A stretch of 61,101 nucleotides of DNA. Source: Lentisphaeria bacterium (GTDB lineage Bacteria > Verrucomicrobiota > Lentisphaeria > Victivallales > Victivallaceae). The notes under the pieces are model-generated. The model was not told the origin of the DNA. It ran no database searches and saw only the letters and a program-made list of their open reading frames with translations. Below, piece by piece: positions 49,536 to 58,300 of this stretch. Made by a program: the position numbers and the translations under genes. Position 1 is the first letter of the stretch, and the number at the start of each line of letters is the position of its first letter. The DNA lies in contig JAFVUZ010000028.1 of the NCBI GenBank assembly GCA_017502435.1, positions 1-61,101 on the forward strand, read 5' to 3'.

Positions 49536-50243
49536 ATGTCCGATACAAAAGTACCATTGATCAGACTTGAGAATATTACCAAAACTTATTTCCTCGGTGA
49601 AGTCAGCGTGCCAGTTTTGAAGGGAATTTCCCTGACGATCGAAAAAGGCGAATATGTCGCTTTGATGGGGGCTTCCGGTTCAGGAAAAAGTACATTGATG
49701 AATATTCTCGGTTGTCTTGACCGTCCGACTTCGGGGGATTATTTCCTTGAGGGCGAGGAACTCGGCAGGGCATCAGGGGATAAGCGTGCCATGATACGTA
49801 ACCGCAAAATCGGTTTTGTTTTTCAGAATTTCAATCTGCTGCCCCGCACAACTGCACTTGACAATGTTATTATGCCGCTGGCTTATACTGCGGGGGATCT
49901 GTCGGGTGCTGAATGCAGACGCAAAGGGCTTGAGGCTTTGAAAGAGGTCGGAATTCTTGAGCGTGCCGGTCATCATCCGGGGCAGCTTTCAGGCGGTCAG
50001 CAGCAGCGTGTCGCCATTGCCCGTGCATTGATAAACCGTCCGCCGGTTATTTTTGCTGATGAACCGACCGGAAATCTTGACTCCAAAACCAGTATCGAAG
50101 TCATGGATATGTTCAGCAAGTTGAATGAGGCAGGCATCACTGTAATTCTGGTCACTCACTCTGACGAGATCGCAGGTCATGCCAAACGTGTTATCTGTAT
50201 GAGTGACGGCGAAATCGTGCCGGGGCTGTTCAAAAATCATTGA
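49536..50243 (+). CDS. ABC transporter ATP-binding protein (MacB/LolD-type)
   Basis: Walker [10 protein letters not shown], signature [15 protein letters not shown], Walker [15 protein letters not shown] 49536; the ORF track opens at TTG 49530. Confidence 0.95.
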   Translation: MSDTKVPLIRLENITKTYFLGEVSVPVLKGISLTIEKGEYVALMGASGSGKSTLMNILGCLDRPTSGDYFLEGEELGRASGDKRAMIRNRKIGFVFQNFNLLPRTTALDNVIMPLAYTAGDLSGAECRRKGLEALKEVGILERAGHHPGQLSGGQQQRVAIARALINRPPVIFADEPTGNLDSKTSIEVMDMFSKLNEAGITVILVTHSDEIAGHAKRVICMSDGEIVPGLFKNH

Positions 50244-50254
50244 GAGGAGATATT

Positions 50255-51616
50255 ATGAAAATAAGTTCAACTGTCCGTATGTCAATAATCTCTCTCGGCA
50301 GAAATCCCACCCGTACCATGCTGACAACTCTCGGTATCGTTATCGGTATCGGAGCAGTTATTACGATGATGGAAATCGGTAACGGTTCCAAAACTTCACT
50401 GCGATCCACCATTGAAAAAATGGGTGCAAATTCCGTTATGGTCATGCCCGGTGCAATGCGTATGCCGGGGTCTCCACGCAAAGAAGCAGGTACTGCAGTG
50501 ACATTGACTCCTGCAGATGCCGAAGCCATCCGGCAGGAATGTCCGAGTGTAGGCAAATGTTCTCCGGTTGTCCGCAGCAGCGGAACTCAGGTGATTTTCG
50601 GCAATGCAATATGGATGCCGGCGGCAATGTACGGGGTTTCACCTGATTATCTGCCGATCCGCAACTGGCAGATTGCAGAGGGAAGGTGCTTCACTGAAGA
50701 GGAAGTCGATACCAATGCCCGCGTGTGTATTGTCGGTTCAACGATCGTCAAGGAACTTTTCGGCGGTTTGTCACCGATTGAGAGTGAATTGCGTATAGGT
50801 GATGTGGCTTTTGAAGTTGTCGGCGTTTTGAAATCCAAGGGGGCCAATATGATCGGCATGGATGAAGACGACGTTATAATGACACCGTGGTCAACTTTGC
50901 AGATGCGGGTGACCGGATTGAAAATGGGAACTGCGACCAATACGACAAGTACGGTTTCAAATTATCCCGGAGACAGATTTGTGGTATCGGGGGTTGCACT
51001 TTATCCGGAGCAGGATGCTTCAGTTACGAGGGATAAACTTTTTTATTCCAGATTCAGCCAGTTGAATCAGATCGTTTTTGAAGCAGTTTCAACGGACAAA
51101 GTGGAGCAGGCACTGCAGGAAGTTGCGGATGTTTTACGCCGCCGCCACCGTATTTTCGGTGAAAAAGAGGATGATTTTCATATCCGCAATTCGGCGGATT
51201 TTATGAATATGCTCAATTCGACATCGACATTGATGACCAATCTGCTGCTTGGAGTTGCACTTATATCATTGGTAGTCGGCGGAGTCGGCATTATGAATAT
51301 CATGCTGGTTTCGGTGACTGAACGTACCCGTGAAATCGGATTGAGAATGGCTGTCGGAGCAAGATCAAGAGATATTCTGATGCAGTTTCTGATAGAGTCA
51401 ACAGTTCTTTGTCTTGCGGGGGGGATTCTCGGTATATTGCTGGGGCATGGAGCATCACTTCTGATACAGCATATTGCCAAGTGGCCGATAGAGTCAAGTC
51501 CGGGAGCAGTGATTGCAGCAGTTGCAGTTTCTGCATTTGTCGGGATTTTATTCGGATTTTATCCGGCATGGAAAGCATCAAAACTTGACCCGATAGAGGC
51601 ATTGCGTTACGAGTAA
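50255..51616 (+). CDS. ABC transporter permease, MacB-type (FtsX fold with periplasmic domain)
   Basis: N-terminal TM, a large periplasmic domain, and a C-terminal FtsX-like 3-TM bundle with TREIGLRMAVGARSRDI. ATG 50255 follows GAGGAGA. Confidence 0.9.
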   Translation: MKISSTVRMSIISLGRNPTRTMLTTLGIVIGIGAVITMMEIGNGSKTSLRSTIEKMGANSVMVMPGAMRMPGSPRKEAGTAVTLTPADAEAIRQECPSVGKCSPVVRSSGTQVIFGNAIWMPAAMYGVSPDYLPIRNWQIAEGRCFTEEEVDTNARVCIVGSTIVKELFGGLSPIESELRIGDVAFEVVGVLKSKGANMIGMDEDDVIMTPWSTLQMRVTGLKMGTATNTTSTVSNYPGDRFVVSGVALYPEQDASVTRDKLFYSRFSQLNQIVFEAVSTDKVEQALQEVADVLRRRHRIFGEKEDDFHIRNSADFMNMLNSTSTLMTNLLLGVALISLVVGGVGIMNIMLVSVTERTREIGLRMAVGARSRDILMQFLIESTVLCLAGGILGILLGHGASLLIQHIAKWPIESSPGAVIAAVAVSAFVGILFGFYPAWKASKLDPIEALRYE

Positions 51617-51688
51617 TAAAATTTATTGAAAAGCAGTAAAAACACTTGATTTTTTCAAAAGAAGTGTTATTTTATAAAAAATAGAAAA

Positions 51689-51765
51689 GGGGCTGTAACT
51701 CAGTTGGCTAGAGTGTCACGTTCGCAACGTGGATGTCGTGGGTTCGAATCCCATCAGCTCCACCA
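51689..51765 (+). tRNA. tRNA-Ala (anticodon CGC) with encoded CCA
   Basis: Cloverleaf read by eye: acceptor GGGGCTG/CAGCTCC with the G3:U70 alanine identity pair, anticodon loop TTCGCAA, T-loop GGTTCGAATCC, and 3' ACCA. Confidence 0.9.
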
Positions 51766-51789
51766 TTTTTGCCTGCGGCAAAAATGGTG
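51761..51789. repeat. perfect 13-bp hairpin that includes the tRNA 3' end
   Basis: CACCATTTTTGCC (51761-51773), loop TGC, GGCAAAAATGGTG (51777-51789). The left arm contains the last acceptor base, the discriminator and CCA. Confidence 0.8.
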
Positions 51790-51790
51790 A

Positions 51791-51957
51791 ATGAAGCCTG
51801 AAAAGGCTTCGCTTCATGCACCGAAGGTGCGCTTCATGGCACGCAGTGCCGCTTCATACGCCGTCAGGCGTGCTTCATAAAAACGCCTTTTCAGATGAAG
51901 CATTGTTTCGTTTCACTCCACAATATGAAGCATCTTCATTTCATTCCGATATGAAGC
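51791..51957. repeat. heptamer ATGAAGC/GCTTCAT cluster with 20-bp periodic hairpin units
   Basis: ATGAAGC at 51791, 51895, 51925 and 51951. GCTTCAT at 51811, 51831, 51851 and 51872. The reverse-orientation copies are each followed by a different 5-bp-stem palindrome (GCACC-GAA-GGTGC, GGCAC-GCA-GTGCC, ACGCC-GTCA-GGCGT). Confidence 0.85.
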
Positions 51958-52058
51958 ACTCCGCTCACGCTCCGTATGATTTAAAAATGAAAAATGAGAG
52001 TTATGTTTGCAAATATTCCTTGTCTATGCGGCATGATTCAATGGAAAGAAAAAATCTC

Positions 52059-52418
52059 ATGGAAAAAACTTCAAATAAACTCGTTGATCTTTCTGTTGCC
52101 TTTGCAGTTGAAATATTGAATCTTGTAAAATATCTGAAAGAACAGAGAGAAACGATTATATGCAATCAAATCGGCAGAGCCGGAACAAGTATCGGAGCCA
52201 ACATCCACGAAGCGCAATATGCTCACGGGAAAGCTGATTTTGTTTCAAAACTGCAAATTGCCTTGAAAGAAGCCAATGAAACAAGCTACTGGTTGCTGCT
52301 ATTGGGAAAAACAAATATCCTCTCTTCGGCAGAATATGATCGGTTGGAAAATCTCTGCCGGGAAATCAGAATAACTCTGATCGCCTCAATCAACACCACG
52401 AAACAGAATCTTAAATAA
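52059..52418 (+). CDS. four-helix-bundle protein (23S rRNA intervening-sequence protein / Avd-like family)
   Basis: QIGRAGTSIGANIHEAQYAHGKADFVSKLQIALKEANETSYWL matches the family core (RA..SI..NI.E...F...L.IA.GS..E). Likely start is MEKTSNK (52059) or MERKNL (52041). The ORF-track start at 51816 translates the repeat array. Confidence 0.85.
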   Translation: MEKTSNKLVDLSVAFAVEILNLVKYLKEQRETIICNQIGRAGTSIGANIHEAQYAHGKADFVSKLQIALKEANETSYWLLLLGKTNILSSAEYDRLENLCREIRITLIASINTTKQNLK

Positions 52419-52480
52419 CCCATTGCGGCAGATCATTCTCTAATCGTCATTTTTGATTTTAAGTAAAATCACATTCTGCT

Positions 52481-52891
52481 TTAATTTACATCAAGATAAC
52501 GTATTGTCCAGAAATTGATGAATTCTTTCGTTTCGGAATCCAATATTTTATTTTCAGCAAGTTTCATAATTACAAACAACATAAGGCGGATTTGCTGTCT
52601 GGAAAAATTATTTAAAAATACCATTCTCTGCTGTCTGGAATATTCTGAAATATCTTCCGGAAGGGGCAAAAGAGTAAGACAAAACATAGATAAATTTCCA
52701 ATATCTGAACATCTTTCATCTCCATATACTGCAAAATAAAGAAAAATACCGATCATTCGAATTTGAGTTGCATCGTCAGCAGTACACATATCTTCAGCCA
52801 TACCATAGATATCAATCTCTCTTGGCAGTGTTTCAATTTTGAAAGCCTCCAGAATCTCCTGAACTATATCATAATATTTTTTATGCTTCAC
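52481..52891 (-). CDS. hypothetical protein (orphan, 136 aa)
   Basis: Only the open frame supports this call. It has a GTG start and no motif I recognise. It converges on the four-helix-bundle gene. Confidence 0.45.
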   Translation of the reverse strand: MKHKKYYDIVQEILEAFKIETLPREIDIYGMAEDMCTADDATQIRMIGIFLYFAVYGDERCSDIGNLSMFCLTLLPLPEDISEYSRQQRMVFLNNFSRQQIRLMLFVIMKLAENKILDSETKEFINFWTIRYLDVN

Positions 52892-53116
52892 AAACTTTCT
52901 CCAAATAAAATAATTTTATAGTGAATACCCTCAAAAATAATATATCATTTGCATAATAAAATTCAAGTCAAGACTACGAACTTTTATCAGGGAAAGTCCT
53001 CTGCATTACATTTTAACGTTTTTTGATTTCATGAGACTTTTTTCGCAGTTCTGTAACTCTCTACATCCTTCGCTAAAGCGACGGAGGGCTAACGGCAGAG
53101 AATTGGAGAAAAACGA

Positions 53117-53326
53117 ATGTTCTACACCTACATTTTACGCAATATTTCCCATCCTGATCAGCGTTATATCGGCAGTACAGCAGATTTAAAGTCCCGCCTT
53201 GCAAAACACAACGCTGGTGAAGTACCTCATACCTCAAAGTTCAAACCGTGGAAAGTTGAAGCATATTTCGCCTTTGAAACCAAAGAAAAGGCAGCGGCAT
53301 TTGAAGCATACCTTAAAACCGTTTGA
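53117..53326 (+). CDS. GIY-YIG nuclease family protein (short, possibly C-terminally truncated)
   Basis: MFYTYILRNISHPDQRYIGSTADLKSRLAKHNAG carries the GIY-(x)n-YIG and R..H motifs of the small UPF0213-type family. It ends at 69 aa, just after the YLKT motif. Confidence 0.75.
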   Translation: MFYTYILRNISHPDQRYIGSTADLKSRLAKHNAGEVPHTSKFKPWKVEAYFAFETKEKAAAFEAYLKTV

Positions 53327-53420
53327 ACAGCGGGATTTTTGCAAGTTTTTTTATGTAATAATTTTTTTGAAAAAAATTTGTTTTTCCTCTTGACAAAACA
53401 GTAAACCATTATATCGTGAA

Positions 53421-53442
53421 AGTAAACTATAAACAGTTTACT
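53421..53442. promoter_or_regulatory. candidate operator (8-bp inverted repeat) in front of the second GntR-type regulator
   Basis: AGTAAACT (53421-53428), N6, AGTTTACT (53435-53442), 12 nt before ATG 53454. A further half-site CAGTAAAC lies at 53399-53406, and a TTGACA at 53390-53395. Confidence 0.4.
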
Positions 53443-53453
53443 TCAGGAATATA

Positions 53454-54551
53454 ATGTCAATGAAGAAGAAAAATCAAGGTGAAAAAACTGAATTTGCCAA
53501 ACAGCTGATCGTTTGTCTTATGCGTGATTTGAACATGAAAGCAGGCGATAAACTGCCGTCTCAAAATGAATTGAGACTGCAATTCAACGTCGGTGCAACC
53601 ACCATTCAGCGGGCAATCGATACTCTCGCAAAATCCGGAATTCTGGAAATCCGTCCGCACAAAGGCGTTTTTGTCAAAAATCAGGATACTGACGGCTTTA
53701 TCGCCCGGCAAATAGGACTTGTCTCCATGTGGAGAACTTTTCAGCCTGCGTCGGCCTCGATGATGCAGTGTCTGCAGCTGCAGTTGCATCAGAACGCCTG
53801 TCAGTGCAAACTTTTTATGCGTAACTTTCCGGAAATGACACTTACAGATTCACTTTCATATTTTGACGGTTTGAAACGTTGTATTGAGCAGAAGGAAATT
53901 CAGGGGCTTATAACTACAGTTTCATTAGATTATGAAGCGTGGGATTTTCTGAATAAACATAAAATTCCGGTAGTTTCACTGGATTCTGCAACATTCAACA
54001 AAGGTTTTAAAGTTTGTGATTCAGATTATCTGGCGGATTTTTTTGTCATGGCGGCAAAACGTAATTTAAAACGTCCGGCTCTGCTGCATTGCGGATTTCC
54101 TGTAACTGATAAAATCCGTGATACTTTTATGGAAAACTGTCCTCTTGATCCTGAAATTTACTGCTGTTTCCTGCAGACTGATATACAAGTTGAAGATAAA
54201 CCCTTTGAATGGACAGAAAAATTGATAACTGTTCTGCATGGTTTCAGTATTATGCCGGCAAACAAACGTCCCGATGTTTTGTTCATTCCCGATGATATAA
54301 TAATGAATATTGCTCACCGTGAAATTGTGAAAATGCAGTTGAACGGAGTGGATTGGCATCCTCATTTTATTTATTCTGTCAGTAAACAGATACCGATTAT
54401 TCCGAAAGGATTGATTGCAGGAGAGCGTTTTGAATACGATATAATGAAGAAGGCAGAAACTGCAGTAAAACTGCTGCTTGACGTTATCTGCGGCAGAAAA
54501 AACGAAGCAGAAACAATTTATATACATCCGGAAATCCAAATAACCCCTTAA
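53454..54551 (+). CDS. GntR-type wHTH + periplasmic-binding-fold (LacI-like) regulator
   Basis: LPSQNELRLQFNVGATTIQRAIDTLAKSGILEIRPHKGVFV (GntR HTH) followed by a ~290-aa sugar-binding-fold-like domain. Confidence 0.85.
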   Translation: MSMKKKNQGEKTEFAKQLIVCLMRDLNMKAGDKLPSQNELRLQFNVGATTIQRAIDTLAKSGILEIRPHKGVFVKNQDTDGFIARQIGLVSMWRTFQPASASMMQCLQLQLHQNACQCKLFMRNFPEMTLTDSLSYFDGLKRCIEQKEIQGLITTVSLDYEAWDFLNKHKIPVVSLDSATFNKGFKVCDSDYLADFFVMAAKRNLKRPALLHCGFPVTDKIRDTFMENCPLDPEIYCCFLQTDIQVEDKPFEWTEKLITVLHGFSIMPANKRPDVLFIPDDIIMNIAHREIVKMQLNGVDWHPHFIYSVSKQIPIIPKGLIAGERFEYDIMKKAETAVKLLLDVICGRKNEAETIYIHPEIQITP

Positions 54552-54566
54552 CAGAAAGGATATAAA

Positions 54567-55340
54567 ATGAAAAAACACTCAACTCAAATCGCCGGGAAGT
54601 TCACTTTGATTGAACTGTTAGTCGTCATTGCAATTATCGCAATTCTTGCAGGTATGCTGCTTCCGGCTCTGAGCAAAGCACGAGACCGGGCTTATGCTGC
54701 AGACTGTACCTCAAAACTAAAACAGATTGCTATGCAGCAGAATATGTATCTGGATGATTTTGACGGTAATTTTCAACATCATTCCTCAACTTATGAAACT
54801 GCCGCGGAATGTCCGTGGGGCTATATATTGGAAAAGTCAGGTTATATAAAAGTAGAAAAAAAAGCAGCGTCTGTCAGATGCAGACCTATTTTTAATAAAT
54901 ATGCCCAGACTTCCGCTGCTGATTACAAAGAAGACTGGACCAGCGATCAGTTTTCATGGAGTTGTAAATTGACATATGGAATGTCCGGTGTGCTTATCGG
55001 CCGCAAAACCAATGCCTGGCTTGATAATGGTCCCGGAATCAAAGATATTTATACAAAACCTGCCAAATTATCAAAAATTACAGCTCCTTCAAAAACACTT
55101 ATGCTTTCTGATTATTATACCGATGAAGGCAATATTACCAGAGGCTATCCTACTATTATTTATGACGGCAGTATGTCTCCCGGAAGTAATACAGATTATT
55201 ATTATCCTGAAGCCCGTTACAAACTGCATGGCAATAAATTCAACATTGCCTATGTTGACGGTCATGTTTCTGCTGTTGTTCCGAATGATATTTATACTAA
55301 AAATGAAAAGAAAAAAAATGTATTTCTTTACAATGAATAA
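54567..55340 (+). CDS. prepilin-type N-terminal cleavage/methylation protein with H-X9-DG motif (DUF1559 family)
   Basis: [33 protein letters not shown] at the N-terminus. C-terminal HGNKFNIAYVDGH is an exact H-X9-DG. Confidence 0.9.
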   Translation: MKKHSTQIAGKFTLIELLVVIAIIAILAGMLLPALSKARDRAYAADCTSKLKQIAMQQNMYLDDFDGNFQHHSSTYETAAECPWGYILEKSGYIKVEKKAASVRCRPIFNKYAQTSAADYKEDWTSDQFSWSCKLTYGMSGVLIGRKTNAWLDNGPGIKDIYTKPAKLSKITAPSKTLMLSDYYTDEGNITRGYPTIIYDGSMSPGSNTDYYYPEARYKLHGNKFNIAYVDGHVSAVVPNDIYTKNEKKKNVFLYNE

Positions 55341-55362
55341 ATAATAAAAGCAAGGTTAAAAA

Positions 55363-58300
55363 ATGAAAACAAAATTATTTTTTGCCGCTGCTTCAGCAAT
55401 GATGGCTATGCATCTTGCGGGAGCGGACCCGACGATTTATATCTCTTTTGACAAAACTGCCCAGGCAGATTTCGGCGGCACTGCTAACAGCAGAACCACA
55501 GTCGCCGGTCTCCGTGATGCTATCGGTGTCAAACCTGTTTTGCGGGTGAAAAAAGGGAAAAAAGGTCAAAAATATCAGGCCGATACTTTTCTCCAGCCCG
55601 GCATCAAAGGAAAAGCATTCCCCGTCGGTGAAACTTCCACCGGAGAAATCCTGACTCTCGTTTACAAAATCAATCCGAAACTTCCTGCCGCAAACGGTAC
55701 TGTTTCCATGTGGGTCAAACCCGTAACATGGGACGGAAAATCTCTGGCTCAGCATCATTTGTTTTCCGGCCGCAACGGCAACCACTGGCTGTTTTTGTAC
55801 AAATACGGCAATGTCCGTGATTTTTTGGGATATTACGGAACTTATACCGAAAAAAATCAAACCACCGTCCGTTCTGCAGTCAACAGCTGGAAAAAAGGCG
55901 AATGGCATCATATCGCCGCTACATGGAACAAGGATAATTTTTCACTCTATATTGACGGCAAACTCCGCAAACATTCAATGATGAAAGCCATTCTCAAAGA
56001 TGACTTCGCTGAAATTGTGCTGGGTGAGCATTGGGCAGGCAAGCCCGGGCAAACTTTGCTCGATGAAGTGAAAATTTATGATAAAACTCTCACTCCGGAT
56101 GAAATCAATGCTGAATATGAGTCATTGAAAAGCAATCTCGCTTCAAGCGGACGTGCAGACGTTGAAATTTCTGTCAGCAAAACAACTCCAACTACCGATG
56201 GCGTTATCAAAAAAAACGAATATTCCGCTGTCATCGGCGGAATGCGTGATTTAAAAAAGAAAAATAATTTTGCCACCAGTCAGAGTATCAGCCATTATGC
56301 ATGGGATGATAACAATTTTTATTTTGCTGTAATTTCACCTGCTGTAAAAAAAAATGAGTATCTTGCCGGCAGAGACAGTGAAGTTTTTACAGAAGATTCA
56401 ATCGAACTCTATCTGAAATCCGATGCATTGTATCAGTTTATAATCAATCCCCGCGGTACTGTTTATGATTCCAGAAATTCTGACAGCAAATGGAACTGCA
56501 GCACTATTGCAACTTCCGGTAAATTTGTCGGCCCCAACTGGATAATTGAAGGCAGAATCCCATGGAAAGAAATCAATTTCAAACCGCAGGACAATGCAGA
56601 ATTAAAATTCAATATCGCCAGAAATTTTGCGGATACAAAAAACTTCACTCATATATCTTCATCACGGACATCTTTCGGTGAAGAAAAAGGATTCGGTAAA
56701 ATAATTCTGAAAAAAAATATTCCTTTTTATGATTTCTCGCAGCTCGGCAAACTTCATGCTTCAACAGGCGATGCGAAACTTTTAATCAACTCAGCTAAAA
56801 AACAGCAGGTTCAGATAAAATACAATGTTGATGCCTCTATGTTCGCAATCAACATTGACCAGAAACTGCCTCTCGATGCCGGTAAAACTTTCCAGCATAA
56901 TATCAAACGCAGACTTCCTGCAGACAGTACGCTTTTTTACTCAGTTGATACAAGCGTTGACGGTCCGTTGTATTACCTCCGTATGGATTATCAATCTCCG
57001 GAAAGTCTGAAACTCTGGTATATCCATACCGATCTTGCCAATAAAAAACTCTTTTTCAATTTCCGCAATAACCGCCTCGGCGAAGGGAAATGCACCATCC
57101 AGCTGGATATGGTCAGCAATGACGGCAAAAAAGTTCTCTCTGAAAGTGTAAAAATCAATGATGCCAAAATTGTTGAAAGTGTATCTTTTGATATTGCAAA
57201 TATTCCCTCCGGTTATTACTTTCTGAACTATAAATTGATCGACCCCGCAGGCAAAGTTTATGTTTCAGATAAAGAGGAATACTCTATTTTTCACAACGGA
57301 GCCCCCTGGGACAATATTCAGGACGGACTTGAAGATACTCTGGTTCCGCCGTGGACTCCCATCAAGTCTGAAGGCAGCCGTTTTGAATGCTGGAACAGAA
57401 GTGTCGTTCTCGGCGGCAGCGGACTGATCAGCAATATCAAATCTGCCGGAGCGGAAATGCTCAGACAACCTGTAATTCTCAAGGTGAACGGAGAAAGTAT
57501 TCCTTTCAAAGCTGAATTTGTAAACAAAAACAATACCAGAGCCAATTATATTCTCAAATCAACTGTTGCTTCAGTGCCATTGGAATTCAATGTGTACTGC
57601 GAATTTGACGGCTTCATGTATTTTACCGGTAAATTTACAAAAGAATTTGCCGTTAAAAATATCGATCTTGTAATTCCTCTCAAACGTCAATATGCTGATG
57701 CTTTTGATGACTGTGCCAGCTGCTATTACAAGACTTCATTGAAAAAAGATGGTCTCAATATCAGTTTGAATGCCTTTATAAATCAGTTTTTCTGGTGCGG
57801 AGGCGACAAAGTCGGTATCATGGGAGGAACCGCAAATAAACGCGGATGGCACGTCAAAGAAAAAGCACAGTCCATGAATATTAAAACTTCAAAAGATGAA
57901 GTTATGCTCAAATTGAGTATCGTTGACAGTCAGTTCAAAGCCAAAGCAGGTCACTTTTTCGCTTTCTATCTGCAGCCGACTCCGGTCAAACCCAAAAATA
58001 ATAAATTCCGCGGTGCTCAGGAACGCTACAATGTAATCATCGGCGGCCAAAGTCACAGATTCTATGAATTCGATGTTCCCGGATATTATGATACTTTCTG
58101 GAAATGGATTCATCACAGAGTCAGAGCGGATAAACGCAATACTGTTGAAAAAATGCAATATTATTCCTATACCGCTCCCAAAGGCGTTTCCCCGATGTCT
58201 CCGATATGGAATTACTACTGTACTGACTGGGTAAATCCGCCTCCCGGTCTCGGACAATATTCCGCTGATAATCCCGACATTGCAAAACGTGCAAGCAGAA

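Noticed and set aside
51811-51894. Possible miniature CRISPR array (constant 7-mer plus variable 13-mer, 20-bp period)
   Set aside because: The repeat (7 nt) and the 'spacers' (13-14 nt, themselves palindromes) are far too short. There are only four units, and no cas genes or leader in the window.
51816-52040. N-terminal 75-81 codons of the ORF-track call 51816..52418 (MHRRCASWHAVPLHTPSGV...)
   Set aside because: This part merely translates the heptamer/hairpin repeat array. The four-helix-bundle family core begins at MEKTSNK (52059), and family members are about 115-130 aa.
52059-52418. Diversity-generating retroelement, because the four-helix-bundle protein is Avd-like
   Set aside because: There is no reverse transcriptase gene, and I could find no template/variable repeat pair in the window. 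This family also occurs widely as stand-alone genes.
52884-52891. GTGAAGCA start of the 136-aa ORF as an inverted partner of the ATGAAGCA copies (an invertible segment or shufflon)
   Set aside because: A single extra 7-8-mer match is expected by chance several times in 61 kb; for example GCTTCAT also occurs inside the BNR gene near 3533. No invertase gene is present.
51689-53340. Integrated prophage or ICE at tRNA-Ala
   Set aside because: I found no integrase, excisionase or phage genes and no direct repeat of the tRNA 3' end. The segment is only about 1.6 kb, so at best it is a decayed remnant.
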